Origin: Nannocystis pusilla
GTDB taxonomy: Bacteria > Myxococcota_A > Polyangia > Nannocystales > Nannocystaceae
DNA length: 64,000 bases
Assembly: GCF_049337375.1 (NCBI RefSeq)
Contig: NZ_JBMPIV010000001.1
Strand: one strand, 5' to 3'
The translations under genes and the position numbers were made by a program. Below, one piece after another: positions 50,917-60,452 of the stretch. Positions within the stretch are counted from its first letter, which is position 1, and each line of letters begins with the position of its first letter. The notes under the pieces are model-generated. The model saw only the letters and a program-made list of their open reading frames with translations. It searched no databases and was not told where the DNA came from.

Positions 50917-51603
50917 CTAGCAGCCGGTCCAGTGAGGGATGCCCTGCAGATCGACGTCGCACGGCTCGACGGCGATGCCGCCCTCGCACTGCCTCGATTC
51001 ACCCGGCTCGCAGGCGATGTCCTGCTCGCGGAGGCAGGCGCCCCACTCGAGCGTCGGCAGGTCCTCGATGTCGTCGATCCACACGTCGTGGAGGTTGCAG
51101 AATTGCCGGCCCGGCCCGCCGCGGGCGTCACAGGCCCGCTGCTGCCCGGGCTCGCAGGTGCCGCAGGTCGTCCACCGGGTGTGGGTGAAGACGACGGCGT
51201 CCTGGGCGAGGCAGACGCTGACGCGGCCGTCGCCGCACGGTTGAACGTCGCCCTCGGTGCACTCGCACCAGTACGCCTCGTTGAACTCCGAGAGGCACTT
51301 CTCGGCGGGGCCGCCCGGAGCGCCGCCCGGGCAGCCGTCCGCGCACGTGGTCGGATCGCTCGTGGTCGGGTCGCCGGTCACCACGCCGGTGCTCGTGGTC
51401 TGCTCGCCGGTCTCCACGCCGGTGCTCGCGGCGGGGCCCTGGCTCGAGGCGCTCGCGGTGATGATGTCTTCGGTGGTGGATCCGCCGTCGGTCGGCTCCT
51501 CGCCGAGGAACTTCGGATACGTGCAGGCCGGCGCGGCGAGCGTGAGCGCAGCTGCGAGCGCAGCGCGAATGCAGGGAGATGCGACGCGGATGCCGGAATG
51601 CAT
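50917..51603 (-). CDS. Cys-rich lipoprotein
   Basis: MHSGIRVASPCIRAALAAALTLAAPAC is followed by a Thr/Ser linker and a Cys-rich domain. Confidence 0.5.
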   Translation of the reverse strand: MHSGIRVASPCIRAALAAALTLAAPACTYPKFLGEEPTDGGSTTEDIITASASSQGPAASTGVETGEQTTSTGVVTGDPTTSDPTTCADGCPGGAPGGPAEKCLSEFNEAYWCECTEGDVQPCGDGRVSVCLAQDAVVFTHTRWTTCGTCEPGQQRACDARGGPGRQFCNLHDVWIDDIEDLPTLEWGACLREQDIACEPGESRQCEGGIAVEPCDVDLQGIPHWTGC

Positions 51604-51653
51604 GAACAGGCTGGGGCTCTACTGCTGCCAGTCTCCGCCTCGAACGATTCGTC

Positions 51654-52799
51654 TCACTCGGGGCACGAATAATTTTCGAACCGCTGCGCGGCGGCGGAGC
51701 GCGGGTACGCGACGACCAGCGCGGCTGCTCGGGCGGCGGCCTCGTCCCGCCGGCCGTCGCGGCACAGGAGCTCGATCGCAAGGACGCCGCGCAGGTCGCC
51801 GAAGGCGCCGACGGGGAAGCGGCGCGCGTGCTCGGCGAGGCGGGCCCGCACGGCCTCGAGGTCGCCGCGCGCGAGCTCGGCCTGGGCGCGCTCCAGCACC
51901 GCGACCTCGGCGGCCAGGCGGTCGGCATCCTCCAGCCGCGGCGAGGCGACGGGCGGCGAGGGGACGGGCGGCGTCGGCGAGGGCGAGACCGCCTCGACGA
52001 CGACGGCCGTGGCAGGCCGCTCGGCGACGCTCGCCGCGACCGGTGCGGCGTCGGACGGGGGAGCGCCCGGCCGAACGGCCCCCGGCGGGCGCGACCCGGC
52101 GACGGCGACGACGCCCGCGGCGAGTACGAGGGTGGTCATGACCGCCGCGCGGGCGGTGACGAGGGTGGCGAGGCCGACGCCGGCGTGGGTCGACATCAGG
52201 CCCGGGGCCAGGGCGGCCCACGAGCGCTGGGCGGCGGCGGGCGGCGGGGCGTCGCGCTCGCGCGCGCCGGCGAACTCGCGCTCGAGTCTCGCCTCGCCGA
52301 ACTCGCGGATGAGCTGCTCGCGCGCCAGGCGAACCCGCGAATAGACGGTCTTGACGGGGATCCCCAGCTCGCTGGCGATCTCGGGGCCGCTCATGCCGAA
52401 CAGCTCGGACATCTCGAAGGCGGCGCGGGTGTTCGCGCCGAGCTGGGCGAGGAGCCGCTCGAGCTGCTCCGCGGAGTCGACGCGCGCCTGCGGCGGGTCG
52501 GCGAGGCCGTGCGAGACGGCAGCGACCGCGGCGAGCCGCCGCGACCGGCGCTCGGCCGAGCGGTGGTAACGCGAGGCGATCCTGCGGGTCACGCCGTAGA
52601 GCCAGGCGCGCGCGGAGACCTCGAAACGGACCTGGTCGAGGCGACGGTAGGCGGTGAGGAACACGTCCTGGACCGCGTCCTCGACCAGCGGCGGCGGGAC
52701 GCCGAGGCGGCGAGCGACGGTCCAGACGAACGTGAATTCGCTGCGGTAGAGCTCACGAAAGGCGCGTTTGCGCGCGTCGTCCTCGGGTTCGGAGTGCAT
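51654..52799 (-). CDS. ECF (sigma-70 family) RNA polymerase sigma factor with a fused C-terminal extension: one TM helix plus an extracytoplasmic domain, anti-sigma-like
   Basis: Region 2 is FRELYRSEFTFVWTVARRLGV...EDAVQDVFLTAYRRL and region 4 is ELGIPVKTVYSRVRLAREQL. These are followed by a TM segment LATLVTARAAVMTTLVLAAGVVAVAG and roughly 170 aa more. Confidence 0.75.
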   Translation of the reverse strand: MHSEPEDDARKRAFRELYRSEFTFVWTVARRLGVPPPLVEDAVQDVFLTAYRRLDQVRFEVSARAWLYGVTRRIASRYHRSAERRSRRLAAVAAVSHGLADPPQARVDSAEQLERLLAQLGANTRAAFEMSELFGMSGPEIASELGIPVKTVYSRVRLAREQLIREFGEARLEREFAGARERDAPPPAAAQRSWAALAPGLMSTHAGVGLATLVTARAAVMTTLVLAAGVVAVAGSRPPGAVRPGAPPSDAAPVAASVAERPATAVVVEAVSPSPTPPVPSPPVASPRLEDADRLAAEVAVLERAQAELARGDLEAVRARLAEHARRFPVGAFGDLRGVLAIELLCRDGRRDEAAARAAALVVAYPRSAAAQRFENYSCPE

Positions 52800-52844
52800 G
52801 GCGGTCGCCGGCCTCGGTGTTGTCTCCGGATGCCCTCGATAGTC

Positions 52845-53969
52845 TCACCGCGGCTCGCCGAGGCGCACCTCGACGCCGAGGGCGAGCCGGGCCGAGGCGA
52901 CGCCGGGGTCGAAGAGGACGACGTCGGTCCCGGCTCGGCGGACGACGAAGGTCCCGCGCTGAAGCGCCGCGAGGCCCTGCAGCATGGCGAACAGGGCGAC
53001 CCGCGGGTGCACGCGCACGGCCGCGCCGACGCCCACGGTGCCGGCGAGCCAGCGCCCGATCGCGGTCTTGTGCCCGACGGGCCCGTCGGCGGCCAGCGGA
53101 ATGCCGCCGGCCTCGAGCCCGAGACACAGCGGGAGCTCGAAGACGCGCCGGTCGCCCAGGCGGACGCAGCCGAGCGCGGCGCCGGCGAGGAGGGAGGCGC
53201 GGACCTCGGTCCCCGAGCGGTCGGCGGTCCTCGGGGCCAGGTAGGTGGCGTGCAGCTCGAGGCGGAATCTCGGCCAGAGGAGGCCGCCGGCGAGTCCGAG
53301 GCCGCCGGTCGGGCCGGGCAAGGCGCCGAGCTCCCCGAGCCCGTGGAGGCGGAGGAAGCCGCCGGGGTGGTGCCGCGGGGCCGGCGGCGCGAGCTCGGGT
53401 GCGGGAGCGGCCGCGCGCGCGCGAGCGAGGGGCGCGGGGGTACCGGTGCTTTGTGGAGCGCCGGCGACGGGCGCGGGGGGGCCGGTGCTTTGTGGAGCGC
53501 CGGCGACGGGCGGGGCGGGCTCCAGCGAAGCTCCAGGCGCCGGCGCGGGCTCGACCGGTGCGGTGGGCTCGGGCACGGTCGCGTCCGGGGTCGGCTCGCG
53601 GGCCGGTGACTCCGGTGAGCCCGCGGCGGGCTGGCGGTCGGCGTCGAGGGCGAGGGTGATGACCAGGACGGCCGCGTCGACCAGCGCCTCGCAGCTGTGC
53701 GCGAACAGGGCCCGGTGGTCGCGCCGTCCGCGGACTTCGAGGTCGAGGTCGAGCCGGTAGCGGCGCGGTCCGACGACGGTCGCGTGCCCGACGACGCGCG
53801 CCTGTCCGGGCTCGAGGGCGCGGCCTCGACGGGCGACGACCTCGGCGAGCAGGGCATCTCGCCCGGGGCAGCCTGCCGGAGCGCTCCAGAGCACGTCGTC
53901 GGCGGGCGGCCCGGGCACCTGCGCGAGCGCGCCGAGGAGGAGCAGCACGCTCGGCCCGCTCACGCTCAC
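52845..53969 (-). CDS. Hypothetical secreted protein (signal peptide, Pro/Ala-rich middle region)
   Basis: MSVSGPSVLLLLGALAQVPGP is signal-like. The gene is directly upstream of the ECF sigma gene and co-oriented with it. The call is tentative in this high-GC region. Confidence 0.4.
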   Translation of the reverse strand: MSVSGPSVLLLLGALAQVPGPPADDVLWSAPAGCPGRDALLAEVVARRGRALEPGQARVVGHATVVGPRRYRLDLDLEVRGRRDHRALFAHSCEALVDAAVLVITLALDADRQPAAGSPESPAREPTPDATVPEPTAPVEPAPAPGASLEPAPPVAGAPQSTGPPAPVAGAPQSTGTPAPLARARAAAPAPELAPPAPRHHPGGFLRLHGLGELGALPGPTGGLGLAGGLLWPRFRLELHATYLAPRTADRSGTEVRASLLAGAALGCVRLGDRRVFELPLCLGLEAGGIPLAADGPVGHKTAIGRWLAGTVGVGAAVRVHPRVALFAMLQGLAALQRGTFVVRRAGTDVVLFDPGVASARLALGVEVRLGEPR

Positions 53970-54295
53970 TCCGCTCCCGCCGCGACGGCATCCACGCCCC
54001 GAGCGCCCGAGCTCGCGGGCGTACGCGTCAGAGCGTGGTGGTGCATGGCGAGGCCCTCGCTACCATGTCCGCCGGCGATTGTGGGCCCGGCGAGCGCGCG
54101 GCTGGACGCGGATTCTCTCGCGCCGACCGCCTTGCTCCCGGTAGGCGACGTGCATGCGCTCGACGGCCGCGGCGACGCGCGCCGGCCACTGCTGCGAGAT
54201 GCGAGCGCGGGCGAGAGGTCGGCGCTGAATGGGAGCGCGGTCTTGCGGGGTTCCCCTGCCGCGCCGGAAGCGTGCGGTCGCATGCTGCGTCATGC

Positions 54296-54320
54296 TGTCT
54301 CTCGGGACATGTCATCGGAG
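54296..54320. repeat. Degenerate copy of the 22-bp CTCTCGGGACATGTCCCGAGAG palindrome (TCTCTCGGGACATGTCATCGGAGAG)
   Basis: Read directly, inside a roughly 700-bp apparently non-coding region. Confidence 0.6.
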
Positions 54321-54690
54321 AGCGCGGCGCCCATGCCCGCGAGGGACGAATGATGCATGTCGGGGGCTCGACGCGGGACGTGGGTCCGCGCCGCGGCCCG
54401 CATGGCGCTGGCACATGTCGTCGTCGCAGTCGCGCTGGCGCTGCTGGCGATCTGGACCGTGCGCGAGGCATGAGCGCGGCGTCTCATTCCAGAAACGCGG
54501 CGCGCAAGCGAAGCGGAGCGGCGCGCTCATGACCTCGTGGAGACGGCGGTGCACGACCTCGGGGGCGCGCGAGGGACGGCCGCCAAAGCGCCCCGCGGAC
54601 CCCGCGGGCGGGCAAAATAGCCCGTCCGGGTCGCTGGCGCCGTTCCGCTCGACTGACTATTCTCCCGCCTTCGAACAGGGGGGAGGCGTC

Positions 54691-55323
54691 ATGAAGCAGG
54701 GGACGCAGATCGTGGTGGGCATCGTCGCCAGCCTCGCTGTGATCGCGATCGGGGGCGCGGTGCTGGTGATGACCGGCAACGTGAAGTTGCCGGCGCAGTT
54801 TTATCCGCCGAAGATGCCCGGCGATCGGTCCAACCCCAAGATCGTGGCGCTGTTCAACGAGCGGATCGACGGGCTCGAGAAGGGCCACGGCAACGAGACG
54901 GGCGAGCTCGACTCGAGCTGGTGGCCCGGGATCATCCCCCAGGCCGCCGCCAACGCGCGCCTGTGGTTCGGCGAGGTGCGCGAGGTCGTGACGCACTGCC
55001 GCTACGGAGCCTCCAACAAGTACAACTGGTTCGAGTTCGACCTCACGCTCGTGGACGGCCGGGTCTTCCCCAACCAGATCGCCGGCCCCGAGAAATGCAA
55101 CGACGAGTACGACACGGCCATGCGCGTGACCTTCGAGGGCGGCCGGGTCGTCGACGTGAAGACCGACGGCTCGGAGCTCACGCGCCCGCTCGACAACACT
55201 CGCCGCGGCGTCAAGGCCACCGTGACCGGGGTGCTCCGCCTCGACATGACCGCGCGCCCCGACCGCTACTACTGGCCCACGGCCCCCGCGCCGACGCCCG
55301 CCGAGGAGTGGAGCAAGCTGTGA
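54691..55323 (+). CDS. Hypothetical membrane-anchored protein
   Basis: The start is MKQGTQIVVGIVASLAVIAIGGAVLVMTG, with N-terminal TM preceded by the RBS GGGGGAGG. The protein is 210 aa, and the upstream part of the listed ORF is discarded. Confidence 0.5.
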   Translation: MKQGTQIVVGIVASLAVIAIGGAVLVMTGNVKLPAQFYPPKMPGDRSNPKIVALFNERIDGLEKGHGNETGELDSSWWPGIIPQAAANARLWFGEVREVVTHCRYGASNKYNWFEFDLTLVDGRVFPNQIAGPEKCNDEYDTAMRVTFEGGRVVDVKTDGSELTRPLDNTRRGVKATVTGVLRLDMTARPDRYYWPTAPAPTPAEEWSKL

Positions 55324-55447
55324 GAACGGCCCGGCTCGTGCCGGTGAGCCACGGCGTCGAGGACGGGGGCGGGGAACGGGCGTAAGCCGTTCTTGAAGAC
55401 AGACGACACCGCCCGCCGCTTCGGCGCAGTCTCATTATATGGCTTCA

Positions 55448-55477
55448 AGGACATGTCGATATGGACATGTCCTTGGC
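55448..55477. repeat. Two GGRCATGYCC palindromes (AAGGACATGTCgatatGGACATGTCCTTGG)
   Basis: Read directly, in an AT-rich spacer between convergent genes. Confidence 0.8.
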
Positions 55478-55483
55478 GACTCG

Positions 55484-57076
55484 TCAGGGCGGGAGCTGGC
55501 TGCAGAGGAAGGCGTCCTCGGCGATCATCGTGCGACCGAGCGCGTCGGTGAGGGTCGCGCGCACCCGCGCCTGGGTGTTCACGGTGCAGGTGCCGTGGGT
55601 GGTCGCGGGGTTGTTGGCGTGGGCCGGGTCGACCGCGGCGTTCAGGACGCCCTGCCAGGTGGCGGTCCACGGTCCGAGGCCGGTCGGCGAGGAGGTGCAG
55701 GTGTAGCCGCCGCCGCCGGTCGACTCGCACGTGATCGACAGGGTGAAGGTAGAGGCCTGCACGGCGCCGAACGCATGGACCATACCGGCGCCGCAGTTCG
55801 TGCACGGGATGGGCTTGGCGGTCTTCACGAGGATCTGCTTGATCTGCGACGCCGTCAGCGCGGGGTTGCGGGCGCGCATCAGGCCGACCACGCCGCTCAC
55901 GTGCGGCGCCGCCATCGAGGTGCCGGCCCAGTGGCGGTGGCACTGCGGGCTGGTCTGGGTGTAGGGGATCCATGTCGACACGACGCCGTGGGTGCCGGTC
56001 TGGGTCGGATCGGTCGGGCAGCCGATGAGGGCGCCGTTGCCGGCCTGGCCGTTCACCGCCGAGCCGCCGGGTGCGGCGATCGTGATGCCGGGGTACTTGG
56101 CGAGGGGGTTGGACTGCAGGGCGTAGGGCTCGGCGTTGCCGAACTCGTCGACGGCGGTGACCACGATCAGATCGGGGTTCTGAGCGTGACACCTCGGCCA
56201 CAGATAATTGGAGGCGTTGAAGTCGGGGCTCGGCGGCCAGGTGGTCCCGCTGTCGCCGTTGCCCGCGGCGACCACCACCACGGTGCCGGCCTCCGAGGCC
56301 TTGTCGATGGCGTCCTTGAGGTCGGCCGGGCAGGGCTGCGCGAGGTTGCCGATGCTGATGTTGATGACATCGGCGCGCGAGCCGGCCTGCACAATCTCGC
56401 CCCGGCCGTTGTCGGTCGGCAGGCCGGCCGCGTAGCGGATCGCGCGGGCGAGCAGCGTGGTGGTCGGCTCGTTCATGCCGGGGTCACCGACCTGGGCGCC
56501 GCCGCCGGACTGCGCGACGCGGAGCGGGCGGAGCTTGCAATTCCAGCAGATGCCCGCGCCGCCGCTGCCGTTGTTGGCGGCCGCGGCGAGGGTGCCGGCG
56601 ACGTGGATGCCGTGGTGAAAGTCCCCGGGGTCGGTCGGGTCGGGGTCGCCGACGAAGAAGTCGTAGCCGCTCGACCAGGTGAGCTCCGAGTGGGGGAGCG
56701 TGCCGCTGTCGGCGATGGCGATGGTGACCGCGGGCGAGCCGGTGGTCAGCCACCAGGCCTCGGGCAAGGAGATGGCGCCGTAGTGCCACTTCTGCCCGGA
56801 GTGGTAGAGCGGATCGTTGGGCTCGAGGGTCAGCGAGCGGGGCTCGATCTCGTCGTCGGACGGATCTGCGATTTCGTCGACGTCGGCCTCGGGCTCGCCG
56901 TCGCAGGCGGCGCCGCCGGCGAGCAGGAGCGGGAGCAGGAACGACCGCGCGCGCAGGGGCGGAGCGAAGGACGCGTGGGGTCTCGCGGTGGAGAGCCGGA
57001 TGTCGGGAGGGTCAGGAGTGCCGGGCGCGAAAGCGAAACCGAGCAGGGTGCGAAGCGAAGGCGGGCGAAGGGGCAT
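55484..57076 (-). CDS. Subtilisin-like serine protease (peptidase S8), secreted
   Basis: The catalytic triad motifs are AIADSG (Asp), HGIHVAG (His) and GTSMAAPHVSG (Ser). There is a long N-terminal leader with a hydrophobic/lipobox segment LLPLLLAGGAAC. The start ATG 57076 lies inside a GGGCATGTCC element, so the start is uncertain. Confidence 0.8.
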   Translation of the reverse strand: MPLRPPSLRTLLGFAFAPGTPDPPDIRLSTARPHASFAPPLRARSFLLPLLLAGGAACDGEPEADVDEIADPSDDEIEPRSLTLEPNDPLYHSGQKWHYGAISLPEAWWLTTGSPAVTIAIADSGTLPHSELTWSSGYDFFVGDPDPTDPGDFHHGIHVAGTLAAAANNGSGGAGICWNCKLRPLRVAQSGGGAQVGDPGMNEPTTTLLARAIRYAAGLPTDNGRGEIVQAGSRADVINISIGNLAQPCPADLKDAIDKASEAGTVVVVAAGNGDSGTTWPPSPDFNASNYLWPRCHAQNPDLIVVTAVDEFGNAEPYALQSNPLAKYPGITIAAPGGSAVNGQAGNGALIGCPTDPTQTGTHGVVSTWIPYTQTSPQCHRHWAGTSMAAPHVSGVVGLMRARNPALTASQIKQILVKTAKPIPCTNCGAGMVHAFGAVQASTFTLSITCESTGGGGYTCTSSPTGLGPWTATWQGVLNAAVDPAHANNPATTHGTCTVNTQARVRATLTDALGRTMIAEDAFLCSQLPP

Positions 57077-57210
57077 GTCCGGGAGTTGCCCGGAGCGGCG
57101 CAACGCTGACAGACGTCGATCGAAAGCGCGGAGGCGGCGCGCTGCGGGGGCCACCCTGCGGGACTCGCCGGGTTCGTCCCTCCTGGGGCTGCTCGGGTAA
57201 TGCTCGCCCT

Positions 57211-57305
57211 GAAGGACACGTGCCGGGGCGAAGTGGGGTCCGGGGCCGAGGCGCGCGATGTCCTATCGAACATGTTTCATGGGGCATGTCCCGAAGGACA
57301 TTCAC
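57211..57305. repeat. GGRCATGYCC-family repeat cluster, 4-5 copies
   Basis: Read directly: gaaggacacgtgccgg, gatgtcctatcgaacatgttt, ggggcatgtcccg, aaggacattcac. Confidence 0.7.
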
Positions 57306-57793
57306 AGGCGCGTCAGGCGGACGATGAGCTGGGCGGTGGCGCCGGCGGCGAACGGGAGGAGGCAGGAGGCGGCGATCCGCAGGAGCGCGAGGCGACCGCC
57401 GTAGATGCCGAGCTCCATGGGCAGGCGCAGGAGCGGGAGGAGGGCCATGCTGGTGAGGTAGGTGACGAGGACGCCGACGCCGGCGCCGGCCTTGAGGAGG
57501 CCGGCCGCGAGGGGCATGCCGAGGAGGCCGCCGCCGGGGGTGAGGGCGCCGGCCACCCACGCGAGGAGGTGGCCGCGGACGCCGGCGCCGTCGGAGAGCC
57601 AGCGCTCGACGAAGCCGGTCGGGAGGAGGGCCTCGGCCATGCCGGCGAGCAGGAAGGCGACGAGGAGGATCGGCATCATCGCCAGGAAGGTCCGGCCGGA
57701 CCGCTGGAGGCCGTCGACGAACACGCCCTGGACGGCCGCGAGGGCGCCGAGGATGACGAGGGCGGCGCCGAGGAGGAGGAGGGCGAGCTTCAC
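57302..57793 (-). CDS. Small polytopic membrane protein (permease-like), translationally coupled to the upstream gene
   Basis: The GTG start overlaps the stop of the upstream gene (GTGA). The protein is about 160 aa and almost entirely hydrophobic (VKLALLLLGAALVILGALAAV...). Confidence 0.5.
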   Translation of the reverse strand: MKLALLLLGAALVILGALAAVQGVFVDGLQRSGRTFLAMMPILLVAFLLAGMAEALLPTGFVERWLSDGAGVRGHLLAWVAGALTPGGGLLGMPLAAGLLKAGAGVGVLVTYLTSMALLPLLRLPMELGIYGGRLALLRIAASCLLPFAAGATAQLIVRLTRL

Positions 57794-60450
57794 GGGGCGG
57801 CCTCCGCGAGGACCTCGACGATGCCGCGGCTGCCGTCGACCCGCAGGCGCTGGCCCGACTTGAGCCGCTTGGTGCCGTCGCCGACGCCGACGACCGCGGG
57901 GATGCCGTACTCGCGGGCGATGACGGAGCCGTGGGTCATCATGCCGCCGACGTCGCACACGAGGCCGGCGGCGTGGACGAACAGCGGGGTCCAGCCGGGA
58001 TCGGTGTACGGGGCGACGAGGATCTCGCCGGCGCGCAGGACCTGGGCGGCGGGATCCAGGACGACGTGGGCGATGCCCTCGACGACGCCGGCGCTGGCGC
58101 CGAGGCCGGCGATGGCACCTTCGGGCAGGTCCTTCGGGACAGGTCGCGCGGGGACCTCGCCCTCGCTGGTGACGACCAGCGGGGGGCTCAAGTGACGGCT
58201 ATGATCATAGTCGGCGCGGCGTGCGAGGATTCGCGGGCGCGGATCGAAGGCGCCCGGGTCGGCGGCGAGCGCGAGCAATTCGTCGTAGGTCAAGAACCAC
58301 ACGTCGCCGCGCGCATCCAGGCGACCGGCGTGCACGAGCGCGTCGGCGGCGGCGAGGACGTTGCTGCGCACGAGCTCGAAGCACTGGATGAAGAGGAACT
58401 TGGGGTGCTCGCGGACGCCGAGGCAGTGACGCACGCACTGGACCTGACGGCGGACGATCCAGCGCGCGAGGGCGGGCGCGGCGGCGACGAGGCGCGAAGC
58501 GGCGGCCTCGGCCTCGGCCTGCAGGTTGGCGAAGTGCCTGCGGTGCTGGCCGGGGGCGTCGCCGTGGGCCGCCATGCCGCGGATGCTGGTGAGCAGGAGG
58601 CCGGGATCGTCGGCCCAGCGCGGGCGGCCGATGTCGATCTCGGCCTGGCCGCGCATGCCGAAGCGGGCGAGGAAGGCGGCGAGGGCGTCGACGAAGGCGG
58701 GGCCGCCGGGGAGCTCGCGGAGGCGGTGGAGCTCGCCGGGGCGGACGCGCTCGAGGGCGGTGCGCAGCTCGGGGTAGGGGCGCGCGAGGTCGGCGAGGTC
58801 GCCGACGCGCAGGTCCATCTCGGTGGTGACGTTGCCGACGAGGCCGCGCTGGAGGGCCTCGACGTCGGCGGCGTGCGGGGTGTCGGCGAAGCGACGGCGC
58901 AGGCGGCCGAGGCTCAGCATGCCGGACACGAGGCGCGGGGCGATCTTCGGCATGACCTGGAAGACGCCGGTGAGCTGGTGCCGGGCGGCGCGCAGGCGGG
59001 CGACGCCGGAGTGCTGTGATTCGACGGCGGCGCGGAATTCGGCGACGCGCTCGGCGACCATGCGATCGGCCCAGGCGGTCTGGATGTCGAGGCGGGCGCC
59101 GAGGAGCAGCCAGGCGAGCTCGAACGGGACGCTCCACATCATCCCGAGGGCCAGGCGCAGGGCCGCGGGGCGGGGCTTGGCGGCGGCCTGGATCTCGGAA
59201 CGATCGACCAGAGTCGCCATGCGTGCCGCCACGTCGGGGTAGACCGCGCGCAAGATCCGGAACATCAGCCGGCGCGTCGGCGCAAAGCGCAGCACCGGCG
59301 TGATGTCGAGGTAGAGCCGGCTGCCGGCGTCGACCATCGTCGTCGCGCCGCGCGGGATCTCCTCGAGGCGGGTCTTGCCGAACGGGAACACCGCGCGCCA
59401 CAGGTCGCGGCCCATCGGCGTGATCGGGTCGATCATGTTCTGGGCGTGGCCGAAGCTGAGGTAGAGGTGGACGCTGCCGTCGTCCGGGCCAGGCGCGGGC
59501 AATGGATAGAGCGAGGTGATCGGGCGCGCCTGGACGAGCCACAATTGTTGGCCCGCGAGGCACCACTCGAGGTCCTGGGGGACGCCGCCGTAGTGGGCCT
59601 CGACGCGGGCGCCGAGGTCGGCCAGGGCGGCGACGGCGGCGTCGTCGAGGACGCGGGCGCGCCGCCTGTCCTCGGGGACATCTTCGGTGACGGTGCCGCC
59701 GCCGGGCACGGGGCGGATGGCGACCTGCTTGTCGCCGACGCGCAGCTCCTTGAGCGCGCCGGTGCGGCGATCGACGCGGTAGAGGTCGGCGGTGACGAGG
59801 CCGCTGACGAGCGCCTCGCCGAGGCCGTAGCCGGCGTCGATGGTGAGGGTGCCGCGGTGGCCGGTGACGGGATCGGCGGTGAAGAGGATCCCGCTGGCCT
59901 CGGGTACCACCATTCGCTGGACGACCACGGCGAGGGCGACGTGGCGGTGGCCGAAGCCGTTGCGGGCGCGGTAGAGGATCGCGCGGTCGGTGAACAGGCT
60001 GGCGAAGCAGCGGCGGACCGCGGCCAGCAATTCGTCGTCGCCGCGGATATTGAGATAGGTGTCCTGCTGGCCGGCGAACGAGGCGCCGGGGAGGTCCTCG
60101 GCGGTGGCGGAGGAGCGCACGGCGTAGGCGTGCTCGCGGCCGAGCTCGTGGTGCGCGGCGGTGATGTCGGCGACCAGCTCCGGGGGCAGCGGGACGGCGA
60201 GCAGGGCGTCCCGCACCGCGGCCCCGAGCTCGCGGGCGCCGGCGACGTCGTCGGGATCGAGGGCGTCGAGCCGGTCGAGCCAGGCCGAGAAGGTCGGACA
60301 GCCGGCGACGAAATGGCGATAGGCGGCCGTGGTGACGCAAAAGCCGGGTGGGACGGGGAAGCCGGCGCGGGTCAAGGCGCCGAGGTTTTGTCCCTTGCCG
60401 CCGACGCGTGCGAGGTCGTCGGGGGCGATTGCGGAGAATGGCACGATCAT
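57790..60450 (-). CDS. PEP-utilising enzyme family protein with rifampicin-phosphotransferase (RPH)-like architecture: N-terminal PPDK-type ATP-grasp plus C-terminal phosphohistidine domain
   Basis: The N-terminus MIVPFSAIAPDDLARVGGKGQNLG resembles the RPH/PpsA N-terminus. The C-terminal mobile His domain is GGMMTHGSVIAREYGIPAVVGV. The protein is about 886 aa. Confidence 0.75.
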   Translation of the reverse strand: MIVPFSAIAPDDLARVGGKGQNLGALTRAGFPVPPGFCVTTAAYRHFVAGCPTFSAWLDRLDALDPDDVAGARELGAAVRDALLAVPLPPELVADITAAHHELGREHAYAVRSSATAEDLPGASFAGQQDTYLNIRGDDELLAAVRRCFASLFTDRAILYRARNGFGHRHVALAVVVQRMVVPEASGILFTADPVTGHRGTLTIDAGYGLGEALVSGLVTADLYRVDRRTGALKELRVGDKQVAIRPVPGGGTVTEDVPEDRRRARVLDDAAVAALADLGARVEAHYGGVPQDLEWCLAGQQLWLVQARPITSLYPLPAPGPDDGSVHLYLSFGHAQNMIDPITPMGRDLWRAVFPFGKTRLEEIPRGATTMVDAGSRLYLDITPVLRFAPTRRLMFRILRAVYPDVAARMATLVDRSEIQAAAKPRPAALRLALGMMWSVPFELAWLLLGARLDIQTAWADRMVAERVAEFRAAVESQHSGVARLRAARHQLTGVFQVMPKIAPRLVSGMLSLGRLRRRFADTPHAADVEALQRGLVGNVTTEMDLRVGDLADLARPYPELRTALERVRPGELHRLRELPGGPAFVDALAAFLARFGMRGQAEIDIGRPRWADDPGLLLTSIRGMAAHGDAPGQHRRHFANLQAEAEAAASRLVAAAPALARWIVRRQVQCVRHCLGVREHPKFLFIQCFELVRSNVLAAADALVHAGRLDARGDVWFLTYDELLALAADPGAFDPRPRILARRADYDHSRHLSPPLVVTSEGEVPARPVPKDLPEGAIAGLGASAGVVEGIAHVVLDPAAQVLRAGEILVAPYTDPGWTPLFVHAAGLVCDVGGMMTHGSVIAREYGIPAVVGVGDGTKRLKSGQRLRVDGSRGIVEVLAEAAP

Positions 60451-60452
60451 GG

